This document shows, piece by piece, positions 27,904 to 35,771 of a stretch of DNA of 64,000 nt. The notes beneath the pieces were generated by a model. The model was not told the DNA's origin. It did not search any database and worked only from the letters and a program-made list of their open reading frames with translations. The position numbers and the translations under genes were made by a program. How positions within the stretch are numbered: position 1 is the stretch's first letter; each line of letters begins with the position of its first letter. This stretch comes from a virus: IMG/VR virus record IMGVR_UViG_3300032053_000003, positions 30,392-94,391 of that record. One strand, given 5' to 3'.

Positions 27904-28494
27904 TCACTTCATCTGCTCTAATATCCTCCTTGCCTTTGATAAAGGCCAATCCTTAGATACGTGTGCCTTGAGTGCTTCTTCAAGGTCCAGGTCCTCTTCG
28001 ATAACCAACGTGCCATCTGCTACAGCCTGTTTCAGGGTCTCATAGAACTTGCCTGAGAGGATATCCCCAAACGAGGCTGTTACCGAGTTGTTCCCAGCTT
28101 TCAATTCCATCAGAAACAAACCAGAGTTCTTATAAACCTTCTTGGCTCCTTTGAAGGCTCCATCAATCATCTTGTAAGCCCAATCAAAGAGGTTATCTTT
28201 GATCTTCTTACTAAGGGTCCATACTTGCAAGACCCATTCACGTTGCCGATCATACCTTACCCTGATCCATCCTTTCTTAAGCAGGTCTGTCATAACTTGG
28301 TTTCGGGACTTGCCTTCATCCTCAAGCCTATCCCCATGCTCCTTTTCAATAGCCTTGAGGTCATCTAGGGAGTAACCAAACATCTCAGGGTTTTTCATCA
28401 CATAGGCAATATGAGAGTTAGGAATTTCAACCATCTTTCCATTTGGGGAGATCCAGTATCCTTCTAACATTGTTGTCTTCTCCTCAGCCCACAA
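27904..28494 (-). CDS. hypothetical protein
   Basis: 196-aa ORF. Confidence 0.5.
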   Translation of the reverse strand: MWAEEKTTMLEGYWISPNGKMVEIPNSHIAYVMKNPEMFGYSLDDLKAIEKEHGDRLEDEGKSRNQVMTDLLKKGWIRVRYDRQREWVLQVWTLSKKIKDNLFDWAYKMIDGAFKGAKKVYKNSGLFLMELKAGNNSVTASFGDILSGKFYETLKQAVADGTLVIEEDLDLEEALKAHVSKDWPLSKARRILEQMK

Positions 28495-29107
28495 GCTCTT
28501 GGGGACTCTTTTTAGCCAATAGCATCATGCCCCATACCCCAAAACCTGTGGCAGGATAATTAATAACAGATCCGATATCTTCAAAGATGTACGGTCTTCC
28601 TTTAACGTAGCTGGTGTAGATAGGAGAGTCATAACCCAGCCTTCCTTTACTGAAGACTGACTTCTCACCCTTGCCGATCCAGCTGTCTTTGTTGTCACTG
28701 GTTCCTACCAGGTAAGCTTGGGCTTTGTTGTCAATGGCACCCTTGGGGATGAACAAGATGCTGTCTTGGTCGAATTCAACACCGAGATGGATAAGATCCT
28801 TTTCCAGGGTCCCCTGATCCTTGGCATCCACAATAAAGTAGCTCTCTTCCTGTACAGGCTCACCACCCTCAGGATAGGTACCGTGGATACGAGTAAGACT
28901 GTATCCCTTGGACATGAGCTTTGATGCCAGAAGGGTATTACGAGCCTGTTTCTCTTTTTTGCTGTAAGGCTGGGTGTTCCCCTCATCCTTATACCTACGG
29001 AAGGCAGTCATTGCACCACAGTCATGTGCCTGATTGTGTTTCCACAACCTTGACAGGCTGGATTCGTTGACTTCCATGCTATCAATCATTTCCTTTGCTT
29101 TACTCAT
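28484..29107 (-). CDS. hypothetical protein carrying the N-terminal MSKAKEMIDSMEV tag
   Basis: 207-aa ORF; TATAGG-containing motif 30 nt upstream. Confidence 0.5.
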   Translation of the reverse strand: MSKAKEMIDSMEVNESSLSRLWKHNQAHDCGAMTAFRRYKDEGNTQPYSKKEKQARNTLLASKLMSKGYSLTRIHGTYPEGGEPVQEESYFIVDAKDQGTLEKDLIHLGVEFDQDSILFIPKGAIDNKAQAYLVGTSDNKDSWIGKGEKSVFSKGRLGYDSPIYTSYVKGRPYIFEDIGSVINYPATGFGVWGMMLLAKKSPQELVG

Positions 29108-29156
29108 CTCGTACTCCTTATCGGGATATCCTTTAATCCCTATAATACGTTCTTAC

Positions 29157-30353
29157 TTAACCAATCTCAATCAAATACTTGATACTGCACTGGTCGGCAT
29201 CATAAACGATCAGTTCATCATTACGAAGATCAACTCCACCCTCACAAAACAGGGAGTCATACTGTCCCTTGGCCTGGAGAGTGCTGTGGTTACAATTAGA
29301 CATCCATGACTCTCTGCTCTTGGTTCTGTACTCAATGCCTGAATTTACTTCATACAGAGCCAGAAAAGCTTTTCCATCCCTGCCACCTGCCCAATAAGAA
29401 CCAGTGATAGAGGTATAACCCATGCTCTTGGCTGCTTTGTTAGCAAAATATACACCGTTTCCAAACATGGCACCAGTAAGAACAACACCTGAAGGTCTGA
29501 TTAAGAGACCAGTCTTGAGGATGTTCAACCAGTTTTCGTTCCTGGAGCCATGCCACAATAACTTCGTCCAATGCTTATGGGATCTGGTTTTCCTGACTTC
29601 AAGTTTCTTCTGGGTACCATGGTTGACAACCTTGAAAGCCCTCTTGAACTTACCTGCATCAGAACCCATCATCTTTTTGATGGTATCGATATCTTCATTA
29701 GCAGCATGCTCTACTTTGATACCAAGGGCATCTTCAAGAGTCTGGGCACCACTGGTACCATCACTGCCCTGCATGGACACCTGCTGTCTCATGACATCGA
29801 TATTATCCTGTTCTTGGGCAATGAACTTCTTAGCCTCTTTCCTCTGATCTGTAACGTCTCCTGACTGCTCAAGCAGATGATATTGGGTCTTCTTCATTCT
29901 ACGAGGAATGACTGTGTACAACTTGAGGAGCATAGTATTGATTTCATACCCATTCATGTTACAGATATTCAAGGAAAGCTCATCAATGATCCTCTGAGCC
30001 TCATCTACCTGGAGCATGGTGACTTCATTGGCAGACACTGTATATGTTTCGGCAATGTGCTGCTTACTATACTTTTGGAGGGTGTTAAGGAGTTCACGGA
30101 TCTGGGGATCAGTCATATCCTTGAAAGAGGTAGCAACCTTGTCAACCCTGAGAGCCGTGATGTCTTTGTAGCCTTTACGGATCTTTTCGTTGTACTTGGA
30201 GTCCCACTGCTTCATAGGGTAAACCTTTGTAGAAGCTGTGACACCGATCCTGCCCCAAGTGGCTAACCAGTTGCCGTTATCCTGATCTTCCATGTAGTAA
30301 TATTTGTTGTTATTGACATCAGAAACATTAATGAGTTCAACTTTTCGTCCCAT
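29157..30353 (-). CDS. poly(ADP-ribose) polymerase-like ADP-ribosyltransferase (WGR domain + PARP catalytic domain)
   Basis: WGR motif WLATWGRIGV; catalytic blocks LLWHGSRNENWLNILKTGL, GAMFGNGVYFANKAAKS, NDELIVYDADQCSIKYLIEI give an H-Y-E triad. Confidence 0.8.
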   Translation of the reverse strand: MGRKVELINVSDVNNNKYYYMEDQDNGNWLATWGRIGVTASTKVYPMKQWDSKYNEKIRKGYKDITALRVDKVATSFKDMTDPQIRELLNTLQKYSKQHIAETYTVSANEVTMLQVDEAQRIIDELSLNICNMNGYEINTMLLKLYTVIPRRMKKTQYHLLEQSGDVTDQRKEAKKFIAQEQDNIDVMRQQVSMQGSDGTSGAQTLEDALGIKVEHAANEDIDTIKKMMGSDAGKFKRAFKVVNHGTQKKLEVRKTRSHKHWTKLLWHGSRNENWLNILKTGLLIRPSGVVLTGAMFGNGVYFANKAAKSMGYTSITGSYWAGGRDGKAFLALYEVNSGIEYRTKSRESWMSNCNHSTLQAKGQYDSLFCEGGVDLRNDELIVYDADQCSIKYLIEIG

Positions 30354-30371
30354 TTTAGTTAGCTCCCTATC

Positions 30372-30405
30372 CCTATAACGGTTTTCACCTTAGCAGTTTG
30401 TACAA
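30372..30405 (-). promoter_or_regulatory. promoter-like motif A copy 3
   Basis: CCTATAACGGTTTTCACCTTAGCAGTTTGTACAA, identical to copy 1 over 33 nt; upstream of PARP gene. Confidence 0.5.
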
Positions 30406-31194
30406 TTATTTTTTAAGTTTCCAAGAGTTCTTAAAGCCTTTGAATTTCTTGGGTACTACAGTATCTCTGGGTCCCTTTGGCAGTCTCGGTAGAGGTGCAG
30501 TAGGAGTAAATAACTCCAGCTGTTCCAGCTGCTTTACTAAGTGGGAAATAGAAGGATCTCCCTCTGATATCATCTTTTTTATAATAGGTGATGGGCTTAA
30601 GTCAATCTTAGTGCAATGTTTTAAATAAAGACCCAGCCTAACCATATTGACATCCACATGTATCTCTTTCATAAGTTTCCTCTGGTCTTTCAGCCACTGT
30701 TTGTCTTTCTTGTCTGTGTACTTCTTATCCAGTATCTTTTTATCAGCAGAGGATACCGTTAACAGCTCACGATAGATAAAAGTCTGTAAATACCTCTTAC
30801 GAGATGGGTATCTGAGCCTGTTAAGAGCTAGTTTTTCCTTCTGCCTTATTCTCTCCCTGGTGACATTTTGTATTATACCTACCTCTTCTAGTGTCCTTTC
30901 ATCACCTTCATCAAGACCAAATCTCTGGATGATAGTCATAGCCAGGCTGGGAGGTATAGTCTCAAGTACATCAACTATTCCTATAAACAACTCCTTAGCC
31001 ATTAACAGTTCTTCAGGTGTAGGGTCATCAGAGGCCACATGGTCCAGTATGGACATGGAGTCATAGGTTTGATCAATGAGTTCATTCCACAGATCTCTCT
31101 GTAATAGCCAGGCATAGAGACCCTGCTCCCTTCTTATCTTATCCTTCTCTTTGCCCCATCCGAGTCTTTTATTATCAAACTTATCATTCTTCAT
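30406..31194 (-). CDS. RNA polymerase sigma factor, sigma-70 family (regions 3/4) with C-terminal extension
   Basis: LAMTIIQRFGLDEGDERTLEEVGIIQNVTRERIRQKEKLALNRLR is a region-4 HTH; upstream ELLMAKELFIGIVDVLETIPP is region-3-like. Confidence 0.7.
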   Translation of the reverse strand: MKNDKFDNKRLGWGKEKDKIRREQGLYAWLLQRDLWNELIDQTYDSMSILDHVASDDPTPEELLMAKELFIGIVDVLETIPPSLAMTIIQRFGLDEGDERTLEEVGIIQNVTRERIRQKEKLALNRLRYPSRKRYLQTFIYRELLTVSSADKKILDKKYTDKKDKQWLKDQRKLMKEIHVDVNMVRLGLYLKHCTKIDLSPSPIIKKMISEGDPSISHLVKQLEQLELFTPTAPLPRLPKGPRDTVVPKKFKGFKNSWKLKK

Positions 31195-31277
31195 ACTTTA
31201 CATCAATGTTTATTATGATAATCCGTTTTTGTCTAATGTTAAATATGTTTTAGTCCAGTGTTTATTGATGTAATGGG

Positions 31278-31517
31278 TTAGTATTCGTTCTCATAAAACC
31301 TTATATCGGCATTTTTTATCTTATATTCAAATATAGAAGGTGGATCAGGGTAAGAGAGTCCAGGTATGGCTTCATGGTTACTGAGAGCTTTGGTTAGAAC
31401 CTCATCCCTGGTTGCTTTCTTATGCATCCTTACAGATGTTAGAACCTGTTCATTATAATAAAGCCAGTAGGTTCTTTTTATGCTTGTTACATTAGTCATT
31501 GTAGTCACCTGATCCAT
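31278..31517 (-). CDS. hypothetical protein
   Basis: 79-aa ORF; motif A copy 4 upstream. Confidence 0.45.
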   Translation of the reverse strand: MDQVTTMTNVTSIKRTYWLYYNEQVLTSVRMHKKATRDEVLTKALSNHEAIPGLSYPDPPSIFEYKIKNADIRFYENEY

Positions 31518-31537
31518 ATAGTTTTCTCCTTAACATT

Positions 31538-31570
31538 CCTATAACGGTTTTCACCCTACTTGTTTGTACA
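31538..31570 (-). promoter_or_regulatory. promoter-like motif A copy 4 (diverged)
   Basis: CCTATAACGGTTTTCACCCTACTTGTTTGTACAA. Confidence 0.45.
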
Positions 31571-31593
31571 AAATAATTGTATTTGTGGATGAT

Positions 31594-31618
31594 AGGTTTC
31601 GGTTTTCTTAATAGATCA
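31594..31618 (+). promoter_or_regulatory. promoter-like motif C copy 1 (GGTTTCGGTTTTCTTAATAGATCAG)
   Basis: 25/25 identical second copy at 60808..60832; both upstream of plus-strand genes. Confidence 0.45.
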
Positions 31619-31653
31619 GGTTACCTTTTTCTTGAAAATTCTGGAGATACTAA

Positions 31654-32940
31654 ATGAATTATAAACTCAATAAGCTGCTGGAGATATTGAACCTTGTCGA
31701 GGATGACAAGGTTAGGATGGGTACGTTCATTAACAAAGATGTTTTTGGAAATATTTCAGATGAGGAGAGGAAAAAGTGGGCAAGGAAGGCTTCTGAAGCT
31801 GATGATGAGTACCACCAGCTTTATTTTGCTAACAGAGCTTTAGGGTATGATAGGGTCACAGCTCTAAATTATGCTAGGCATCATATTTATAAAGAGACTA
31901 AGAAGATAAAGGGAAAGGGTGGAAAGGAACAACCAAGGCAGGAGAGTGAGCACTCAGTATTCAGGGGACACTCTGGGGAAAAGGAGACTGGAAGTGGGTT
32001 TGAGAAGGCATCAGGACATAAGACAGTATCTGTTGAACGTAAGGAAGCTATAACTAACCTCATTGATAAAGCTAAGACCAAGTTTGAAAAGAACCCTGAT
32101 GCTATAAAGGTTCTGGCTGTCACACTCATTCAACATGGGTTTGATGAGATTATCCCTCCAGCCAAGATTCCTTTTTATGATAATATCATTCAGCTGATAA
32201 AGAAGGCTGAAGCTGATGCTGAAGTTGATACTGGAGCTAAAGGTAAGCGTATGAGAGGGAAGTCCACAGACTTTGCTTTGGTAACTGATGCTCCTCCTAA
32301 TGGTCTCGGTATCACCAGGAGGCTCTACTACGATGTGATGGGCTTCCTTAAGGATAATGCAAAGAGTCTCCAGCACAATGAAGCTTTTATGGCAGGATTG
32401 AAGTCTATCTTTGGTGGGAAGCCCAGTGAGTTCAAACTCTCAAATCTTGAACCTATGATAGATGTCATTAAGAGAGATCTTAATAATAATAAATTCAAGA
32501 GCTATGGTCTTCACCTTCAGGGGGTTACCAAGGAAGAAGGAGAAGATATGCTTAAGGATGTTCCAAGCATCAAACACCAGTATCAGGGTGACGCACTTCT
32601 TATTCCTTTGGAGCCTAAAACCAATTTGAAGTCTGTTCTTAAGAAGGCTATCCCTGGTAAGAAGGTTATCCTGTTTGGTTTTGATTCAAAGCCTCACCCA
32701 CTTCGTAAGGGGTGGGAAGGTTTTCCATATAAGTTGGTCAATAATCCCACTGTTGTTGGGTCTTATTCTCTTTCTACCGAAAGCAAATCCGAGTCCCTTC
32801 TAAAACTCCTTTCTGAAGGTTTTCAGTGTCAGAATTATGATCATTCTACACTATCTTGTGGGCTGAATAGAGAGTGTGGGTGGAAAGGTTTTGCAGGGAT
32901 GGGTGAGGATATGAAGAGAGAGTGTTTAGACTTCAAATGA
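31654..32940 (+). CDS. hypothetical protein (428 aa), first gene of the plus-strand structural block
   Basis: long ORF. Confidence 0.55.
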   Translation: MNYKLNKLLEILNLVEDDKVRMGTFINKDVFGNISDEERKKWARKASEADDEYHQLYFANRALGYDRVTALNYARHHIYKETKKIKGKGGKEQPRQESEHSVFRGHSGEKETGSGFEKASGHKTVSVERKEAITNLIDKAKTKFEKNPDAIKVLAVTLIQHGFDEIIPPAKIPFYDNIIQLIKKAEADAEVDTGAKGKRMRGKSTDFALVTDAPPNGLGITRRLYYDVMGFLKDNAKSLQHNEAFMAGLKSIFGGKPSEFKLSNLEPMIDVIKRDLNNNKFKSYGLHLQGVTKEEGEDMLKDVPSIKHQYQGDALLIPLEPKTNLKSVLKKAIPGKKVILFGFDSKPHPLRKGWEGFPYKLVNNPTVVGSYSLSTESKSESLLKLLSEGFQCQNYDHSTLSCGLNRECGWKGFAGMGEDMKRECLDFK

Positions 32941-33245
32941 TACGTACCAGTTCCTCTGATCTGTGTAGAGTTGTTCTAGTCCACCAGATAGATAGAGGGA
33001 GGTATAAACTAAAGCACCCTATTAAGGTTTGGTATGTAAAAGAGGCTGATGGGTCCTACAGTGGGATTATTCATGAGCTTGAGATTCTTTGTAAGGGTAG
33101 AGATTCTGATGAAGCTCTATACAATGCATTTTCTGAAATGTTAACCCTTTACGAGTTTATAACCAGAGTACCTTTGTCTTATGTATTTAATGATGAGATC
33201 TTGTTTTACAGATATTTTTTGAACAGTCATATCATAAAAATATGA
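32922..33245 (+). CDS. hypothetical protein
   Basis: 107-aa ORF. Confidence 0.45.
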   Translation: MFRLQMIRTSSSDLCRVVLVHQIDRGRYKLKHPIKVWYVKEADGSYSGIIHELEILCKGRDSDEALYNAFSEMLTLYEFITRVPLSYVFNDEILFYRYFLNSHIIKI

Positions 33246-33252
33246 GGTGATC

Positions 33253-33531
33253 ATGTCAAAGGCCAAAAGTTTGATTAGTGTCCTGGAGGTAATACAGGGG
33301 AAAAAAGAGTGGGAAGGGACCACTGATAAAGGACAGGAGGTATCTTACGGGCAGAGAGATAATGGTATGTTCTATGCCCAGCTGAAGGATGATGAGGGTA
33401 ATATTTCGTCTACTATAGGGCAGGTACCCAAAGATATATGGAGCTGGATGTATAACCAGGGGATAAGAAAGATTTCGTGGTCTGATGGAAGAAAAGGTAC
33501 CATCACAGCACTTGGGGGAATTAATATATGA
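33253..33531 (+). CDS. MSKA-tag family small protein (MSKAKSLISVLEV...)
   Basis: ATG at 33253 with GAGGTGA SD; ORF-track start 33247 is a GTG. Confidence 0.5.
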   Translation: MSKAKSLISVLEVIQGKKEWEGTTDKGQEVSYGQRDNGMFYAQLKDDEGNISSTIGQVPKDIWSWMYNQGIRKISWSDGRKGTITALGGINI

Positions 33532-33815
33532 ACTCAAAAGCATCCAAATTCATAACTTTGTTTGAAATGCTGGAGGCACTTGGGTTGGATATGCTCAAGG
33601 CAGACCTGGCTGGTAATCTGAAGAGAGTTGGTTTTTCTCCTGAGGAGGTACAGAAGATCGTTGCTGAGGCTCCTGCTTTTATTGCAGGTGAGGAGGAATG
33701 GACAGAGTTTCTTAAAAAGGTAGGGTTTGAGTGGGGCCTGTCTCGTACCAAAATGCAGACAGATAAGATGAAGAAGCTTTCTTACTTTATGGCTAGGCTT
33801 AAACATCAAGTATGA
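33528..33815 (+). CDS. MSKA-tag family small protein (MNSKASKFITLFEMLE...)
   Basis: 95-aa ORF, 4-nt overlap. Confidence 0.5.
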   Translation: MNSKASKFITLFEMLEALGLDMLKADLAGNLKRVGFSPEEVQKIVAEAPAFIAGEEEWTEFLKKVGFEWGLSRTKMQTDKMKKLSYFMARLKHQV

Positions 33816-34255
33816 GTAGAGCTAAGGCATTCTTACATTTTCTTGAGGGGTATACAATTACTGTAGCCCTTCATAACCCTGGATCTCCTGATCAAAAAGA
33901 ATATTATGTAAACACACATATTTTTAATTTTGAACTTTGGGATGTTCCTTCTGAAGATCCTATTGTTAAAGGCAATAGAAAGGTAACCAGCTATATTGGT
34001 CTGTTCAACAATATAGCTGTTATTAATAAAAAAGACATTCGTAAGTACAACTCAACAAAGCAACGAATCAGTATTGAACGAAGTACAGCAGAGAAGATTT
34101 ATATACCTGACAGTGTTTGGGTGAGGCTCAAGATAACCAATCCTAGAAAAGATCAAGTGTTACTCCTTCAGTGTCTCGACATCCTTTATAAGCAGTATAA
34201 GGTGAGGATCTTTGGGATGGAGGATTCTGCCAACATCATCAAGTTCTGGGATTGA
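33812..34255 (+). CDS. MSKA-tag family protein (MSRAKAFLHFLEG...)
   Basis: 147-aa ORF. Confidence 0.5.
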   Translation: MSRAKAFLHFLEGYTITVALHNPGSPDQKEYYVNTHIFNFELWDVPSEDPIVKGNRKVTSYIGLFNNIAVINKKDIRKYNSTKQRISIERSTAEKIYIPDSVWVRLKITNPRKDQVLLLQCLDILYKQYKVRIFGMEDSANIIKFWD

Positions 34256-34298
34256 TCCGTAGCACATTCCACAGGTTTTAATACAGGAGAAGACCACA

Positions 34299-35759
34299 AT
34301 GTCTAAGTTTATTCCAGTATCTGGACCTTTAACCACTACAAGCCCTACTATCGATTCTCTTGATAATGTGAGGGTTAATGGTGTTCCAGGATATTACCCT
34401 GCTCTACTTGAAGGTGATGCTATCTTCGTTATTACTCCTGATGAAAGAACTTTCACCTATCGGGTAGAAATTAGATCCCCCAAGCCACCTGAAGATGTTC
34501 CTAATGTAATTTACCCTAAGTATTCCTCTGGTAATACTCCATATACTGGCAATATTTGTTTTATTCTTGCTGGTACTTCGGGTGGTACAGGCTCTTCTGG
34601 AACGAGTGGTTCATCTGGAATGGGTACATCAGGTTCTTCGGGCACCTCATTTTCTGGAATTACATCAGGGACTAGTGGTAGCTCAGGGGAGGGTGCAGAT
34701 GGAACTTCTGGTACCTCTGGCAATGGGTCTTCAGGGACTTCTGGGTCTTCAGGATCAAGGGGATCTAGTGGCACTAGTGGATCGTCTGGTATTGGCTCTT
34801 CTGGTACTTCTGGCTCTTCTGGTCTTTCGGGAATAGATGGTTATGATGGTACATCTGGCACCAGTGGCTCAAAAGGTGATGTAGGGTCCAGTGGAACCAG
34901 TGGGTCTTCAGGTTCAAGTGGTTCAAGGGGCACCTCAGGCACTAGTGGTTTAAGCGGTTCCTCAGGCACCAGTGGTACAGGATCTTCGGGGACTAGTGGT
35001 ACAGGATCTTCGGGGACATCAGGATTAAGTGGTTCTTCAGGGACTTCAAGTGTTGGCTCCTCTGGTACATCAGGTAATAGTGGGTCTTCTGGCACCAGTG
35101 GTTCAAGAGGCACTAGTGGGTCTTCAGGAACATCTGGATTAGGGTCTTCAGGAACCAGTGGCTTTGGTACTTCTGGTACGTCAGGCTTTGGAACTTCAGG
35201 TACATCAGGGTCTGGGACTTCAGGAACCTCTGGATCAGGTACCAGTGGAACCTCTGGAGTCAATGGTACTTCTGGGACAAGTAGTACTGGCTCTTCAGGA
35301 ACTAGTGGTTTAAGTGGGTCAAGTGGAACATCTGGTTTTGGTTCATCTGGTACATCAGGTCTCTCACCTCTTAATTATTATAATATTGACTCCACTACTG
35401 GTTATGAAACTCAGGTTTGCGCCACAGGTTCAGGGGTTACAATAAGTAAAGTAGGAAGTCTTTACACTTGGAGTATACCTTCAGGGGTACGTCTCATTTC
35501 TTGTAGCATAAGAGTTCCTGGAAGTTCACTCACTAGTGGTCAGATAATAATGGACTACTCTACTTTGGGGACTATGACCTGGACTAACAGGTTACTGGTA
35601 GGACCCATAAAGGCTTGGAGAGAGGACTCTGGTGCTCAGGTTACTATAACAGTCCAAGATCCAGATATTGAGCTGAATAGATGGTACCTTAGTGGAATGA
35701 GTGTCACTACTACATCATATGATTTGCTCATTTATTTCCATCAGAGAGTAACCTCATAA
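34299..35759 (+). CDS. Ser/Thr-rich Gly-X-Y (collagen-like) repeat fibre protein with C-terminal globular domain
   Basis: about 270 residues of GSS/GTS triplets (GTSGSSGTSGS...) then a non-repetitive C-terminal domain; AGGAGA SD. Confidence 0.7.
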   Translation: MSKFIPVSGPLTTTSPTIDSLDNVRVNGVPGYYPALLEGDAIFVITPDERTFTYRVEIRSPKPPEDVPNVIYPKYSSGNTPYTGNICFILAGTSGGTGSSGTSGSSGMGTSGSSGTSFSGITSGTSGSSGEGADGTSGTSGNGSSGTSGSSGSRGSSGTSGSSGIGSSGTSGSSGLSGIDGYDGTSGTSGSKGDVGSSGTSGSSGSSGSRGTSGTSGLSGSSGTSGTGSSGTSGTGSSGTSGLSGSSGTSSVGSSGTSGNSGSSGTSGSRGTSGSSGTSGLGSSGTSGFGTSGTSGFGTSGTSGSGTSGTSGSGTSGTSGVNGTSGTSSTGSSGTSGLSGSSGTSGFGSSGTSGLSPLNYYNIDSTTGYETQVCATGSGVTISKVGSLYTWSIPSGVRLISCSIRVPGSSLTSGQIIMDYSTLGTMTWTNRLLVGPIKAWREDSGAQVTITVQDPDIELNRWYLSGMSVTTTSYDLLIYFHQRVTS

Positions 35760-35771
35760 GGGGGATATGGC

